64,000 nucleotides of DNA from Myxococcales bacterium (GCA_036513415.1 DATBZA010000032.1:2985-66984); one strand, 5' to 3'. Positions 23,219 to 34,308 are shown, numbered from the stretch's first letter. Numbers and translations are program-made. Notes: generated by a model from the letters alone, not told the origin.

Positions 23219-24141
23219 TCGGCTTTGGCCTCCAATTTACCCTCCTGGTGGCCGCCGCGGCGCTTCCCGCTGGTCCGCTCGACTTCAAGGCCCGGAACAT
23301 GCGGATCGAGCCGCAGGAGCGTCGCGTCGTGCTGCAGGGCGACGTGCAGCTCTCGCGCGGGGACCTCAACGTGACCGGCCAGCATGCCGTGGCGGAGTAC
23401 GGGAGGGATCAGCCTGCGACTGCGCAGAAACCCCGGGGGCGGGGCCAGTCCACCCATCCGGAAGCCGGCCTGGGCGGCCAGACCGTCCAGCGGTTCACCG
23501 TGCGGGGCAATGTGCACGTGCAACGCGGCTCGCGGACGGCGAACGGCGAGGAGGGCGTAGTCGACGTGCCCGGGCAGACCTTGGTGCTCACCGGGACGCC
23601 GGACGCGCCGCCGGTGGTTCGCGACGGTTCCGAGGTCCTGTCCGGCGAGCGGATCCTGCTGCGCCTCGATAGCGAGGACGTGGACGTCATCCGGCCCAGG
23701 CTAGTGCTCAAGCGTTCGCTGGCCGAGGACGGTCAGGCGAAGCCCACGCCGGTGAGGGTCGAGGCGGACCACCTGGTCCTGCTGCAGGCGAGGCGCCTCG
23801 CCCGCTTCACCGACGACGTGGTGGTGCGCCGCGGCGACGCGGTGGTGCGCAGCCCCCGGATGGAGGCGCGCTACGATCCCGACGGTCAGCTCACCCGGCT
23901 CGAGCTCCGAGGCGGCGTCGACGTGCGCCAGGGCGAGCGCCGCGCCACCGGCGAGACCGCCGATTACGACGCGCAGGCCCGCACGCTGGTGCTGCTGGGA
24001 GATCCCAAGCTCTACGATCAGGGCGACGTGCTCAGCGGGGACCGCATCGATCTCGGCCTCGACTCCAAGGAAGTGCGTGTCGAACGGGCTCGAGGCCGGC
24101 TGCGGCCCGAGGCGCACAAGGGCGAACGGGGCGCGCCATGA
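23215..24141 (+). CDS. lptA: LptA/OstA-family LPS transport protein (two OstA-like repeats)
   Basis: Signal peptide; repeated G-V...LVL-G-P...D/E-LSG-RI blocks; adjacent to lptB. Confidence 0.8.
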   Translation: MIGFGLQFTLLVAAAALPAGPLDFKARNMRIEPQERRVVLQGDVQLSRGDLNVTGQHAVAEYGRDQPATAQKPRGRGQSTHPEAGLGGQTVQRFTVRGNVHVQRGSRTANGEEGVVDVPGQTLVLTGTPDAPPVVRDGSEVLSGERILLRLDSEDVDVIRPRLVLKRSLAEDGQAKPTPVRVEADHLVLLQARRLARFTDDVVVRRGDAVVRSPRMEARYDPDGQLTRLELRGGVDVRQGERRATGETADYDAQARTLVLLGDPKLYDQGDVLSGDRIDLGLDSKEVRVERARGRLRPEAHKGERGAP

Positions 24142-24863
24142 CCGCGCTCCACGCCAAGGGCCTGAGCAAGAGCTTCCGCGGCCGCCGCGTCGTCGACGAC
24201 GTCTCTTTCTCCGTCGAGCCGGGCGAGGTAGTCGGGTTGCTCGGTCCGAACGGCGCCGGCAAGACCACCAGCTTCCATTGCGTGGTGGGCCTGTTGGTGC
24301 CGGACTCCGGCGCCGTCCAGCTGGGAGACCGCGATCTGTCGGGCCTCCCCCTGCACGAGCGGGCGCGGATGGGGATCGGCTACCTGCCGCAGGAGCCCTC
24401 GATCTTCCGCAAGCTGACCGTGCGCCAGAACTTCCTCCTCGTGCTCGAGGGGTTCGGTCTTCCCCGCGCGGAGCAGGAAGCCAAGGTCGACGAGCTGCTC
24501 ACCGAATTCGACCTGCTGCGCGTCGCCGACGCGCGCGGCGAGACGCTCTCCGGCGGCGAGCGGCGCAGGGCGGAGGTGGCGCGCTCGCTGCTAGCCGAGC
24601 CGGCGTTCATGCTCTTCGACGAGCCCTTTGCGGGCGTCGATCCGATCGCGGTGCACGACCTGCAGCGGCTGATCCACAAGCTGCGCGAGAGGGGCCTCGG
24701 TATCCTCATCACCGATCATGCGGTGCGCGAGACTCTGGGCATCTGCGATCGGGCGGTGCTGCTGGTGGACGGAAAGCTTCTGGAGTCAGGGACACCGGCG
24801 GAAATCGCCGCATCGGAGCGCGCCCGCGCCGTGTACCTCGGCGAGCGCTTCAGGCTAGAGTAA
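24138..24863 (+). CDS. lptB: LPS export ABC transporter ATPase
   Basis: [38 protein letters not shown]. Confidence 0.96.
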   Translation: MTALHAKGLSKSFRGRRVVDDVSFSVEPGEVVGLLGPNGAGKTTSFHCVVGLLVPDSGAVQLGDRDLSGLPLHERARMGIGYLPQEPSIFRKLTVRQNFLLVLEGFGLPRAEQEAKVDELLTEFDLLRVADARGETLSGGERRRAEVARSLLAEPAFMLFDEPFAGVDPIAVHDLQRLIHKLRERGLGILITDHAVRETLGICDRAVLLVDGKLLESGTPAEIAASERARAVYLGERFRLE

Positions 24864-24876
24864 GGAGGGGGACGGG

Positions 24877-26538
24877 ATGGCGTTGGAGCTCAAGCAGAGT
24901 TTGAGGCTGTCGCAGCAGCTGGTGATGACGCCCCAGCTGCAGCAGGCGATCAAGCTCCTGCAGCTGTCCCGCCTGGAGCTGGTCGATCTCATCCGCTCCG
25001 AGATGGAGCAGAACCCGCTCTTGGAGGAGCCGCAGGACGGCGCCGAGGCGGAGCTGAACGAGGCCCCGGCGGAGCTGGTCTCCACGCTGAGCGAGAGCAT
25101 CGAGGCGAGCGAGCTCGCCGCGCCCACCCCCGAAGTGGCCCAGCCGGATCTGCAGGCGCGCGCCGAGGGCGACGTCAAGCGCGAGGACATCGACTGGGAG
25201 CGGTACCTCGACAACTACCAGACGCAGCACACGGCGCCGTCGGGAGGGGGCTTCAATTCCGAGGATCTCCCCTCGATCGAGAGCACGCTCACGAGGACGC
25301 AGGGCCTGACCGAGCGCCTGATGGAGCAGCTCCGCATGGCCGGGCTCTCGCAGCAAGAGGAGCACATCGGGGCGTTGATCATCGGCAACCTGAACCGGGA
25401 CGGGTACCTGGTCCTGGACCCGGACCTGCCACCCCCCGTGGCCGCTGTCGACCCCGGGCCGGTGGATCCCGACAAGCCGGTCGAAGTGCCGGCGGTCGCG
25501 CCCGAGGCGCTGGAAGCGCTGCGGCGCGAGCAGGAAGCGAAGAAGCCAAAGTCCGAGGCCGATCCGCTGATTCCGCTGGCGCTGGAAGCGGGCGTGTCGG
25601 CGGTCATCGCGGAGAAGGTGTTGAAGCGGATCCAGCGCTTCGACCCGATCGGGTGCGCCGCGCGCGACCTGCGCGAGTGCCTGCTGATCCAGGCCCGGCA
25701 CTACACCACCGAGGGCGAGGGCAAGGACGATCCCGATGCCGAGCTGCTCCCTTCCATCATCCGCAAACACCTCAAGGCCGTCGAGTCGAAGAAGTACCAG
25801 GCGATCGCCCGCGACCTGGAGGTCTCCCTCGACGAGGTGGTCGCGGCCATAAAGCTGCTCTCCCGCCTCGACCCGAAGCCCGGGCGGAACTACTCCGGCG
25901 AGGAGCCCCAGTACATCACGCCCGACGTCTACATCCACAAGGTCGGCGACCAGTACGTCACGGTGCTGAACGACGACGGCCTCTCCAAGCTCCGCATCTC
26001 CCAGCACTACCGGAATGCGCTGAAGAACGGGGCGAGCGCGCAGAGCAAGGAGTACATCCAGGAGAAGCTGCGCTCCGCGGTGTGGCTGATCCGCTCCATC
26101 CACCAGCGCCAGCGCACCATCGTGAAGGTCACCGACTCGATCATCAAGTTCCAGCGCGACTTCCTCGACAAGGGGATCGCGCACCTCAGGCCGCTCATCC
26201 TGCGCGACGTGGCCGAGGACATCGGGATGCACGAGAGCACGGTCTCGCGCGTGACCACCAACAAGTACGTGCACACGCCGCAGGGCATCTACGAGCTGAA
26301 GTTCTTCTTCAACTCCTCGATCGCTCGCGCCAACGGCGGCGACGACATCGCCTCCGAGGCGGTCAAGAACCAGATCCGCCAGATCGTCTCGGCGGAGCCG
26401 GGGGACAAGCCGTACAGCGATCAGAAGATCGTGGAAGTGCTCCGGTCGCAGAACGTCGACATCGCGCGGCGCACCGTCGCGAAATACAGGGAGGTGCTCG
26501 GGATCCTGCCGTCCAGCAAGCGCAAGCGGTTCTTCTAG
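24877..26538 (+). CDS. rpoN: RNA polymerase sigma-54 factor
   Basis: QQLVMTPQLQQAIKLLQL, HESTVSR, RpoN box ARRTVAKYR. Confidence 0.98.
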   Translation: MALELKQSLRLSQQLVMTPQLQQAIKLLQLSRLELVDLIRSEMEQNPLLEEPQDGAEAELNEAPAELVSTLSESIEASELAAPTPEVAQPDLQARAEGDVKREDIDWERYLDNYQTQHTAPSGGGFNSEDLPSIESTLTRTQGLTERLMEQLRMAGLSQQEEHIGALIIGNLNRDGYLVLDPDLPPPVAAVDPGPVDPDKPVEVPAVAPEALEALRREQEAKKPKSEADPLIPLALEAGVSAVIAEKVLKRIQRFDPIGCAARDLRECLLIQARHYTTEGEGKDDPDAELLPSIIRKHLKAVESKKYQAIARDLEVSLDEVVAAIKLLSRLDPKPGRNYSGEEPQYITPDVYIHKVGDQYVTVLNDDGLSKLRISQHYRNALKNGASAQSKEYIQEKLRSAVWLIRSIHQRQRTIVKVTDSIIKFQRDFLDKGIAHLRPLILRDVAEDIGMHESTVSRVTTNKYVHTPQGIYELKFFFNSSIARANGGDDIASEAVKNQIRQIVSAEPGDKPYSDQKIVEVLRSQNVDIARRTVAKYREVLGILPSSKRKRFF

Positions 26539-26580
26539 CCGCGGCCGCCAATGAAGGGTCGTGGCTGACGCTTTAGCCTC
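26536..26580. repeat. Degenerate family B repeat
   Basis: tagccgcggcc...ggtcgtggct hairpin followed by acgctttagc, starting at rpoN TAG. Confidence 0.4.
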
Positions 26581-26606
26581 TACTCCGAGGTCTTGGGGGT
26601 CACTCC

Positions 26607-27191
26607 ATGCAGGTCAACATCACCTTCAGGAACATGTTCGCCACCGATGCACTGCGGAACCACACGCAAGACAAGCTGCGCAAGGTGGTCGACAAGTACC
26701 TGGACAAGGTGACCGAGGCCCACGTCACGCTTTCCCTGGAGCGCTACCTGCACCAGGCAGACATCAACCTGCACGCGGGACATTTTCACGTGCGCGGGAA
26801 GGACAAGTCGGAGGACATGTACGCGTCCATCGACACCGCGATCGACAAGATCGAGCGGCAACTCAAGAAGCACAAGGAGCGGCTGAAGAACCACCGCCCC
26901 GCCCACATCCACCAGACCGGTCCGGTGCGCGTGCGCTACGAGGTCTTCTCCGCCAGGGATGACCTCGACGGCATCCAGGCCGAGGTGATCCGCACCGACG
27001 AGTTCCTTGCCAAGCCCATGAGCGTCGAGGAGGCCCTGGTGCAGATGGACCTGCTCAACAACGACTTCCTCGTTTTCACCCGGCCGGAGAGCTCGGAGGT
27101 CAACGTGATCTACCGGCGCAGGGACGGCAACTTCGGGCTGATCGCGCCGGAGGGCGAAAGCGTCCTCCGGCAGCAAGCGGCCGCGAAGTGA
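26607..27191 (+). CDS. hpf: Long ribosome hibernation promoting factor
   Basis: DMYASID...IERQL; C-terminal KPMSVEEA..QM, VIYRRRDG. Confidence 0.94.
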   Translation: MQVNITFRNMFATDALRNHTQDKLRKVVDKYLDKVTEAHVTLSLERYLHQADINLHAGHFHVRGKDKSEDMYASIDTAIDKIERQLKKHKERLKNHRPAHIHQTGPVRVRYEVFSARDDLDGIQAEVIRTDEFLAKPMSVEEALVQMDLLNNDFLVFTRPESSEVNVIYRRRDGNFGLIAPEGESVLRQQAAAK

Positions 27192-27208
27192 AGTAAGCTC
27201 GGTTTCCG

Positions 27209-27670
27209 ATGCGCATCGCCGAGTTCCTGCGCGAGGACCTGGTCTCCCCCGACCTTGCCGCGTCGGACAAGGCGGGTGTGCTCGCCGAGCTGTGCGCTCG
27301 CCTCGCCCGGGCTTATCCATCGTTTTCCGCGCAGCAGCTCACCGACACGCTGCTCGAGCGGGAGAAGCTCGGCTCCACCGGGATCGGCGAGGGCGTAGCG
27401 ATCCCCCACGGCAAGCTCCCTGGGCTCCCTGGGCTCCTCGCCGCGTTCGGCCGCAAACGCGCCGGGGTGGACTTCGCCGCCATCGACGGAAAGCCGACCC
27501 ACCTCTTCTTCATTCTTTTCGCGCCGGACAACTCCGCGGGCCTGCACCTCAAGGCGCTGGCGCGGATCTCCCGCCTGTTCAAGCAGCCGCAGTTCCGGCA
27601 GGCGATCCTGAATGCAGAGGGGGCGCCCGGGATCTTCCGGCTGATCTCGGAAGAGGACGCGAAATACTAG
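27209..27670 (+). CDS. ptsN: PTS IIA(Ntr)-like protein
   Basis: REKLGSTGIGEGVAIPHG, HLKALARISR; rpoN operon context. Confidence 0.9.
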   Translation: MRIAEFLREDLVSPDLAASDKAGVLAELCARLARAYPSFSAQQLTDTLLEREKLGSTGIGEGVAIPHGKLPGLPGLLAAFGRKRAGVDFAAIDGKPTHLFFILFAPDNSAGLHLKALARISRLFKQPQFRQAILNAEGAPGIFRLISEEDAKY

Positions 27671-27750
27671 CCCGGCGCCGCAGCAAACTCAGGGGCTACG
27701 CTTTAGCGCGAGCCAACTCCCGGCGCCGCAGTAAACTCAGGGGCTACGCC
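27668..27750. repeat. REP-like repeat family B, two units (48-bp period)
   Basis: cccggcgccgcag(c/t)aaactcaggggctacgc twice, starting at ptsN TAG. Confidence 0.85.
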
Positions 27751-27846
27751 TGAACGGTAATCGCCGCCCGGCCTATCTTCCGCTGTACCCACAGCTGTTC
27801 AGGTAGAGTAGAGGGCGGGCGCGCGCTCTGTTACGCTGGCCGACCG

Positions 27847-28812
27847 ATGGATTCGATCAAGATCGAGCAGCTCGTCAAGGACCGGGACTTCGATCTGCGT
27901 CTCGAGCTGCTCGCGGGCGAGAACGGCCTCGACCGGCGCGTGGTGAGCTCGCGCATCCAGAAGCCCGGGCTCGCGCTCAGCGGTTTCACCGAGCACATCC
28001 ACAAGGACCGGCTGCAAGTCTTCGGCAACACCGAGATCAGCTATCTGGCGACGCTCCGGCATGACGAGGCGCTCAAGCGCGTCCGCAACCTCTTCCAGCT
28101 CCCCATCGCATGCCTGGTGGTGACCAAGAACCTGCCGGTGGAGGACTGGATCAAGCGCGAGGCCACCGACGCGCGCGTGCCGCTCTTGCGCAGCAGCCAC
28201 CTCTCCTCCGCCTTCATCGACAACGTCGAGCAGTTCCTGCAGGAGGCGCTCACCGCCAGCACCTCGGTCCACGGGGTGTTGATCGACGTGATCGGCGTGG
28301 GCGTGCTCATCCTGGGCAAGAGCGGCATCGGCAAGAGCGAGCTGGCGCTGGATCTGGTGACGCGCGGCCACCGCCTGGTCGCCGACGACATCGTCGACCT
28401 CAAGCGCAGGCAGGGCGGCTCCGTCTACGGCAGCGGCTCCGAGATCATCAAGCATCACATGGAGATCCGCGGCATCGGCATCATCAACATCAAAGACCTC
28501 TTCGGCGTCTCCGCCGTGCGGGAGCGGAAGAAGGTGGAGATGGTGGTGGAGCTGGTGGAGTGGGACGACAAGGTCGAGTACGACCGGCTCGGCGTCGAAG
28601 AGCAGAAGTACACGATGCTCGACGTCGAGGTCCCGCTGCTCGTCGTTCCGGTCCGGCCCGGCCGCAACCTGACCACCATCGTCGAGGTGGCGGCGCGCAA
28701 CCACCTGCTCAAGCTGCAGGGGCACCATTCCGCCAAGGAGTTCCAGGAGAAGCTCTCGCGCGAGATCGCGCAGGCGACGCTCACGCGCGGGATCGGCGAC
28801 GAGGTCGAGTAG
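27847..28812 (+). CDS. hprK: HPr kinase/phosphorylase
   Basis: HGVLID, GKSGIGKSELALDL, HRLVADD, MEIRGIGII. Confidence 0.96.
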   Translation: MDSIKIEQLVKDRDFDLRLELLAGENGLDRRVVSSRIQKPGLALSGFTEHIHKDRLQVFGNTEISYLATLRHDEALKRVRNLFQLPIACLVVTKNLPVEDWIKREATDARVPLLRSSHLSSAFIDNVEQFLQEALTASTSVHGVLIDVIGVGVLILGKSGIGKSELALDLVTRGHRLVADDIVDLKRRQGGSVYGSGSEIIKHHMEIRGIGIINIKDLFGVSAVRERKKVEMVVELVEWDDKVEYDRLGVEEQKYTMLDVEVPLLVVPVRPGRNLTTIVEVAARNHLLKLQGHHSAKEFQEKLSREIAQATLTRGIGDEVE

Positions 28813-29723
28813 TGGCAGAGTCCCCGGAGAACGATCCGCCCAAGCGCGGCGCGGACACGCACCGCATCGTGGTGGTGACCGGGTTGTCCGGGGCGGGGAA
28901 ATCCACCGCCACCAAGGCGCTGGAGGACCTCGGGTTCTTCTGCATCGACAACCTGCCGGTGATGCTGCTGCCGAAGCTGCTGGAGCTGGTCAGCCACGGG
29001 ACCAGCGACGAGGTGCAGCGGCTCGCCATCGTGGTCGACGCGCGAGAGGGGCGGTTCCTCGATTCCACCCCGGCTGCCCTGGAGGAGGTCCGGCGCGAGG
29101 GCCACCAGCTGGAGGTGGTGTTCTTCGACTGCGCCGACGACGCGCTGATGCGAAGGTTCTCGGAGACGCGGCGGCGGCACCCCCTCAGCCCCGAGGGGAG
29201 CGTGCAGGAAGGAATCGCCCTGGAACGCGGCATGCTCACGCAGCTCCGCGCCCTCGCCGATCAGATCGTCGACACCACGCGCATGAACGTCCACGAGCTG
29301 CGCGACGTCATCACCGCGAAGTTCGGCGGTCCGGGACAGGACGACAAGCTCAACCTGACCCTGCTCAGCTTCGGGTTCCGCAACGGAATCCCGCCCGCGA
29401 GCGATCTGGTGTTCGACGTCCGTTTCCTCCCCAACCCGTACTTCGTCGAGGGCCTCAAGCCCCATCCCGGCACCGACCCGAGGGTCGCGGCCTGGGTGCT
29501 GGAGCGGATGCAGACGCAGGAGTTCCTGGCGCGGCTGGAGTCCCTGCTGCAGTTCCTGATTCCGCAGTATCGGGCCGAGGGAAAGAGCTATCTCACGGTC
29601 AGCATCGGTTGCACCGGTGGCCGGCACCGCAGCGTGGCGCTGGCGGAGGAGCTGGGGCGCAGGCTGACCGAGAAGCAGCGCGCCAACGTGAAGATCACGC
29701 ACCGCGACGTCACAAAGGCTTGA
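28812..29723 (+). CDS. rapZ: RNase adapter RapZ
   Basis: GLSGAGKS, CIDNLP, TRRRHPL, DVRFLPNP, GCTGGRHRS. Confidence 0.95.
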   Translation: MAESPENDPPKRGADTHRIVVVTGLSGAGKSTATKALEDLGFFCIDNLPVMLLPKLLELVSHGTSDEVQRLAIVVDAREGRFLDSTPAALEEVRREGHQLEVVFFDCADDALMRRFSETRRRHPLSPEGSVQEGIALERGMLTQLRALADQIVDTTRMNVHELRDVITAKFGGPGQDDKLNLTLLSFGFRNGIPPASDLVFDVRFLPNPYFVEGLKPHPGTDPRVAAWVLERMQTQEFLARLESLLQFLIPQYRAEGKSYLTVSIGCTGGRHRSVALAEELGRRLTEKQRANVKITHRDVTKA

Positions 29724-30576
29724 CCGGCCCCGTCGGCGGCTTGCGCTTCTTCATCTCTTCGCGCGTGAACACGCCCTTATCCACGCACAGCTCCGCGAGC
29801 GTACGCAGCACCAGCGCGCCCTTTTCCAGCGCCGACCGCAGCGCTTCCAGCGTTGAGATGTCACCCTCGGCCAGATCGTCCGTCTCGATCGGACCCGGCT
29901 GGGTGGCCGTCGTGAAGAGCTGTTCGAACCGGAGCGGTCCCGTGGTGGGGCTGCTCTTGCGGACCTGCGAGGGGACGTTCGCCGGGACCTCGACTCCAAG
30001 CTCCTTCGCGATCCGCGAGAGCGGGCTCTCCCCGATGTCGTCGGCGACGTTCAGCACTTCGAAGGCTTCGTCGCCGTTGCCCTCGATCTCGATGGCGGCC
30101 AGCTTGTCGTTCTGGACCGGCTCGGGCTGGGTGCTTCCCGCGCCAGGGGCCGCATAGAGCGTCCGCACCGCGCGGAGGATCTCGGTCGGGCCGGCGACCG
30201 CGGGCCGCACGCGCTTCTGCGCCTTGCGGCGGACGAGCCCGATCGCATCCTCGTCGGTGGGGTCGGCCATCGCCAGCCAGAGCAGCTCGCCGTTCTCGCG
30301 CAGGGCGACGGGAAGGACGAATTTGTCCGCGCAAGTGCGTGCATCCAGCAGCGCCAGCGCCGGCCCTTCCGGAGGCGTCATCGCCAGGTCGATGCGGGGG
30401 AGCCCGAGCTCCACCGAGACGGCGCGCGCCACCGTCGCTTCGGTGGCGTAGCCCATCTCGGCGACCTGCTGCACGACGTGGCCGCCCGCAGGAGAGCGGG
30501 AGCGGCTCATCACCGCGTCGTGCTGGCGCTCGTCGAGGACCTGGATCTTGACGAGCAGGTCGATGATCGACGCCAA
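29710..30576 (-). CDS. GspE/PilB N-terminal (MshEN-like) domain protein without ATPase
   Basis: ELGLPRIDL, FVLPV, LAMADPTD motif typical of T2SSE_N; no Walker motifs. Confidence 0.72.
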   Translation of the reverse strand: MASIIDLLVKIQVLDERQHDAVMSRSRSPAGGHVVQQVAEMGYATEATVARAVSVELGLPRIDLAMTPPEGPALALLDARTCADKFVLPVALRENGELLWLAMADPTDEDAIGLVRRKAQKRVRPAVAGPTEILRAVRTLYAAPGAGSTQPEPVQNDKLAAIEIEGNGDEAFEVLNVADDIGESPLSRIAKELGVEVPANVPSQVRKSSPTTGPLRFEQLFTTATQPGPIETDDLAEGDISTLEALRSALEKGALVLRTLAELCVDKGVFTREEMKKRKPPTGPVKPL

Positions 30577-30674
30577 GCGTCCCTCCCACGAAGACGATAA
30601 CGCTCATCCTGGACGCTGGCGACTTCCGCGCCGGGAAAGCGACGAGGTGGGAGGTTCGAGCACAGCCCCCAAAG

Positions 30675-30862
30675 GCTTCATCCTTCCCTTCAACCGCAGA
30701 GCGCACAGAGCGCGCAGAGATTTTTGGGGGGGGTGATCATGGTGCCCCGTGCCCCCGGAGGTGCCCCGAACGTTCGGGGTGGCTCCACACCAACCCAACA
30801 AAGGCCTTCAGACGACGTATCCACCTCTGCGCGCTCCGCGCGCTCTGTGGTTGATCTGAAGC
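30675..30862 (-). repeat. Non-coding element A2 (family of GxxExxY-flanking inverted repeats)
   Basis: Minus strand begins gcttcagatcaaccacagagcgcgcggagcgcgcagagg; opposite arm tcaaccgcagagcgcacagagcgcgcagag at 30690-30719; 7 bp from purF stop. Confidence 0.88.
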
Positions 30863-30869
30863 GCCGGGC

Positions 30870-32348
30870 CTAGTTGCGGAGGATGGTGAGGTTCTCGGCC
30901 GCGCCCGTGGCCTTCCCCTCGCGCGGCCCATGCTCGCCGACCAAGGGCGCATCGGCCGCCGGCGGCGCCAGCTGCACCAGGTACTCGCCGGTGAAGCAAG
31001 CGTCGCAGAAGCCGCGCGGCTCCGCCTTGGCGGCCTCGTGCATTCCCTGCTGAGACAGGTACCCGAGCGAGTCCGCGGTGACGTACTTCGCGATCTCCTT
31101 CTCGGTGTGCGAGGCGGCGATCAGCTCGCTGCGCACCGGCGTGTCGATGCCGTAGTAGCAGGGCCACCGCGTCGGGGGGGCGCTGATGCGCAGGTGCACC
31201 TCGCGCGCGCCCGCGTCGCGGATCATCTTCACGATCTTGCGGCTGGTGGTGCCGCGGACGATGGAGTCGTCCACCACGATCACCCGCTTGCCGCGGACCA
31301 CGTCGGAAACGGGGTTGAGCTTGAGCTTGACGCCGAAGTGCCGGATCGATTGCGACGGCTCGATGAACGTACGGCCGACGTAGTGGCTGCGAATCAGCCC
31401 CAGGTCATAGGGAATGCCGCTCTGCTCCGAGTACCCCAGCGCCGCGGGCACGCCCGAGTCGGGGACCGGCACGACCACGTCGGCCTCGACCGGCGCCTCG
31501 ATGGCGAGCCGCTTGCCCAGCGCCTTCCGCGTCGCGTAGACGCTGCGTCCGAACACCTGGGAGTCGGGCCGGGCGAAGTAGATCAGCTCGAAGATGCACT
31601 TCCCGGCTCGCTGCGGCGATTGGGTCTGGTGCGTCCGCAGTCCGTGCTCGTCGACCCCCACCATCTCTCCCGGCTCGATCTCGCGGATGTACTCCGCCTC
31701 GATCAGGTCCAGCGCGCAGGTCTCGCTGGCGAAGACGGTGGCGCCGTTCTTCAGCCTGCCCAGGACCAGGGGCCGGAAGCCCAGCGGGTCGCGGACGGCG
31801 ACGATGCCCTTCTCGGTGAGGAAGAGCAGCGAGTACGCGCCGCGCACGTTCGCGAGCGCGCCGCGGATCCGCTCCTCGATGGTGCCCTCGCGCTGGTGGG
31901 CGAGCAGGTGCACGATCACTTCCGTGTCGCTGGTTCCTTGGAAGAGAGCGCCTCGTGCGGCGAGCTGCGCGCGCAGCTCCTCCGCGTTGACCAGGTTCCC
32001 GTTGTGCGCCACGGCGACATACCCTGCGGGGGTCCGCGCCACCATCGGCTGCGCGTTGGCCAGGTTGGACTGGCCGGCGGTCGAGTAGCGGGTGTGCCCG
32101 ATCGCCGAGCTTCCCGGCAACCCGGCGATGGCCTGCTGATCGAAGATGTCGGCGACCAGCCCCATTGCCTTGTGCAGGTTGATCTGGTTCCCGTCCCACG
32201 AGGCGATCCCGGCCGACTCCTGCCCGCGGTGCTGGAGCGCGTGGATGCCGAGGTAGGCGAGGTTCGACGCCTCGGCGTGACCGAACACGCCGAACACGCC
32301 GCACTCGTCGTGGAACTTGTCCTCGCCGTTCAGGATCGGGAGTCGCAT
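30870..32348 (-). CDS. purF: Amidophosphoribosyltransferase
   Basis: Propeptide then [31 protein letters not shown]. Confidence 0.97.
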   Translation of the reverse strand: MRLPILNGEDKFHDECGVFGVFGHAEASNLAYLGIHALQHRGQESAGIASWDGNQINLHKAMGLVADIFDQQAIAGLPGSSAIGHTRYSTAGQSNLANAQPMVARTPAGYVAVAHNGNLVNAEELRAQLAARGALFQGTSDTEVIVHLLAHQREGTIEERIRGALANVRGAYSLLFLTEKGIVAVRDPLGFRPLVLGRLKNGATVFASETCALDLIEAEYIREIEPGEMVGVDEHGLRTHQTQSPQRAGKCIFELIYFARPDSQVFGRSVYATRKALGKRLAIEAPVEADVVVPVPDSGVPAALGYSEQSGIPYDLGLIRSHYVGRTFIEPSQSIRHFGVKLKLNPVSDVVRGKRVIVVDDSIVRGTTSRKIVKMIRDAGAREVHLRISAPPTRWPCYYGIDTPVRSELIAASHTEKEIAKYVTADSLGYLSQQGMHEAAKAEPRGFCDACFTGEYLVQLAPPAADAPLVGEHGPREGKATGAAENLTILRN

Positions 32349-32470
32349 CGGAGGGGCCGGAGGGTACAGTGGGAGGCGGGCTAGGGCAACACGGACGGAA
32401 CAACGCGGAATCACCGTGCATTCTGAAGATGCCGCAACCCTTCCGGCGGTGCGCGCGTACAATCGCTCCA

Positions 32471-33157
32471 ATGGACGAGAAGGAGAGCCGGATCGTGGAG
32501 GCGCGCATGAAGCTCCGCGAGCGCTTCCAGGGCAAGATGAAGGAGACGCCGGCGGCTGCGGATGCGCGCCCGCTGGGCCGTGGTCCTCCGAACCGCCACG
32601 GGATGCCGAAGCTGCCCGAGGGCCAGACCGTCACCAAGGGCTGGCCGGTGCTCGATCTCGGCCGCCAGCCCGACGTCAAGGTCTCCAAGTGGGAGCTGAT
32701 CGTGGACGGCGCGGTCGAGGAGCCGGTGCGGCTCTCCTGGAAGGACTTCCTCGCCCTCCCTCAGGTCAAGGACACCAGCGACTTCCACTGCGTGACCACC
32801 TGGTCGAAGATGGACGTCCAGTGGGAGGGAGTGCAGCTGTCGACGGTGATCGCGCTCGCCAGGCCGAAGCCGGACGCGACACATCTCATGACGCACGCGT
32901 ACGACGGGTACACCACCAACCTTCCGCTGGAAGAGGCGCTCAAAGATGACGTGCTGCTGGTCCACACCGCCGAAGGCAAGCCGCTGCCGGTCGAGCACGG
33001 CGGGCCGGCGCGCATCATCACTCCACAGCTCTACGCCTGGAAGGGAGCGAAGTGGATCCATCGAATCGAGCTTCTGACGCGGGACCGGCTCGGGTTCTGG
33101 GAGCTGCGCGGCTATTCGAATACGGCGCATCCCTGGCGAAACGATCGCTACTCCTAG
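32471..33157 (+). CDS. Sulfite oxidase-like molybdopterin-binding oxidoreductase
   Basis: [32 protein letters not shown]. Confidence 0.9.
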   Translation: MDEKESRIVEARMKLRERFQGKMKETPAAADARPLGRGPPNRHGMPKLPEGQTVTKGWPVLDLGRQPDVKVSKWELIVDGAVEEPVRLSWKDFLALPQVKDTSDFHCVTTWSKMDVQWEGVQLSTVIALARPKPDATHLMTHAYDGYTTNLPLEEALKDDVLLVHTAEGKPLPVEHGGPARIITPQLYAWKGAKWIHRIELLTRDRLGFWELRGYSNTAHPWRNDRYS

Positions 33158-34308
33158 CGGTCCTGTTCGCGTCGTCGGCCCGGGCGGAGGCGCGGCAGAA
33201 CGTGCTGGAGTACGTGCACGAGAAGCTGCTGCAGGATCGATCGCTCGACGCGAGCAGGCGGCAGGCGATCGAATCCGCGATCAAGGAGCGGTTCGCGAAC
33301 TACGGCTTCAACGTCGTGAAGCCGGAAAAACCCGAGGACGCGCGGACGCTCCTCCACGTCATTTTCGAGGGCGTGCTCGACCGCGCCGACCCGGCCCGCA
33401 TCGCCGACGTGGGCTTCGCGGCGTACCGCGCGATCTGGCGGGGAGCGCCTGCGGACGCGGTCGACGGCATCGCGCTCTACGGCTACCAGAAGAAGATCCC
33501 AGCCGACTCCATCGCAACCTGGGCCAACGGATATCGCGACGGCGCCGAGGGCGGCGTGCCCGGCGACGTCATGGCGGACGCGATCCACGAGGCCATGCTG
33601 GGAGGCTGGCCGGATGCGTCGTTCAAGACCGTGAAGTGGGCCCTGGTCGACGCGGCCAAGTCGGGATGGGACACGCGTCTGTACGCCGCCTACATGCTCC
33701 AGGGCATGCGCAGGGATCCCACGCACCCCGGAGCGCTGCAGGCCGAGCTGCGGGCGAAGTTCTCCAGCGCGAAGACGCTCAAGACGGCGCTGCCCGATCC
33801 CGGTTACAAGGGCGCGTTCACCGTCGCGGTAGCGCCTCCGCCCACGGTGGTCTGGACGCCGGCGCCGCTGCCGAAGGAATTTCGCCGCCCGCCTCCCGCA
33901 GCTCCCCCTCCTCTGGCGCTGCCCGAACAGCCGCGGATCTGGCCGGGCCTGGAGCAGGCGGTGCGCAGCTACCTGGGGACGCCCTACGTGTGGGGCGGGC
34001 TGAGCCACCGCGGCATCGACTGCTCGGGCCTGACCATGAGCTCGTACCGGGAAGTCTCCATCGGGATCCCGCGGGTCTCGCGCCAGCAGTTCGCGACCGG
34101 AAAGCCGGTGCAGTCCGGCGAGCTGCGCGAGGGCGATCTCGTCTTCTTCGACACTTCCGGCAACGGGGTGTCGCACGTCGGGATGATGGTCGACGTGCCC
34201 AACCGCCGGTTCATCCACGCCAGCTCGTCGAACGGAGTGGTGGAGGCGGCGCTCGACGACACCTGGTTCCAGTCGCGCTATCTCGGCGCGAGGCGGGTGG
34301 TGCGCTGA
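33133..34308 (+). CDS. Secreted protein with C-terminal NlpC/P60 (C40) peptidase
   Basis: [28 protein letters not shown]; start uncertain (CTG 33133 or GTG 33052). Confidence 0.85.
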   Translation: MAKRSLLLAVLFASSARAEARQNVLEYVHEKLLQDRSLDASRRQAIESAIKERFANYGFNVVKPEKPEDARTLLHVIFEGVLDRADPARIADVGFAAYRAIWRGAPADAVDGIALYGYQKKIPADSIATWANGYRDGAEGGVPGDVMADAIHEAMLGGWPDASFKTVKWALVDAAKSGWDTRLYAAYMLQGMRRDPTHPGALQAELRAKFSSAKTLKTALPDPGYKGAFTVAVAPPPTVVWTPAPLPKEFRRPPPAAPPPLALPEQPRIWPGLEQAVRSYLGTPYVWGGLSHRGIDCSGLTMSSYREVSIGIPRVSRQQFATGKPVQSGELREGDLVFFDTSGNGVSHVGMMVDVPNRRFIHASSSNGVVEAALDDTWFQSRYLGARRVVR

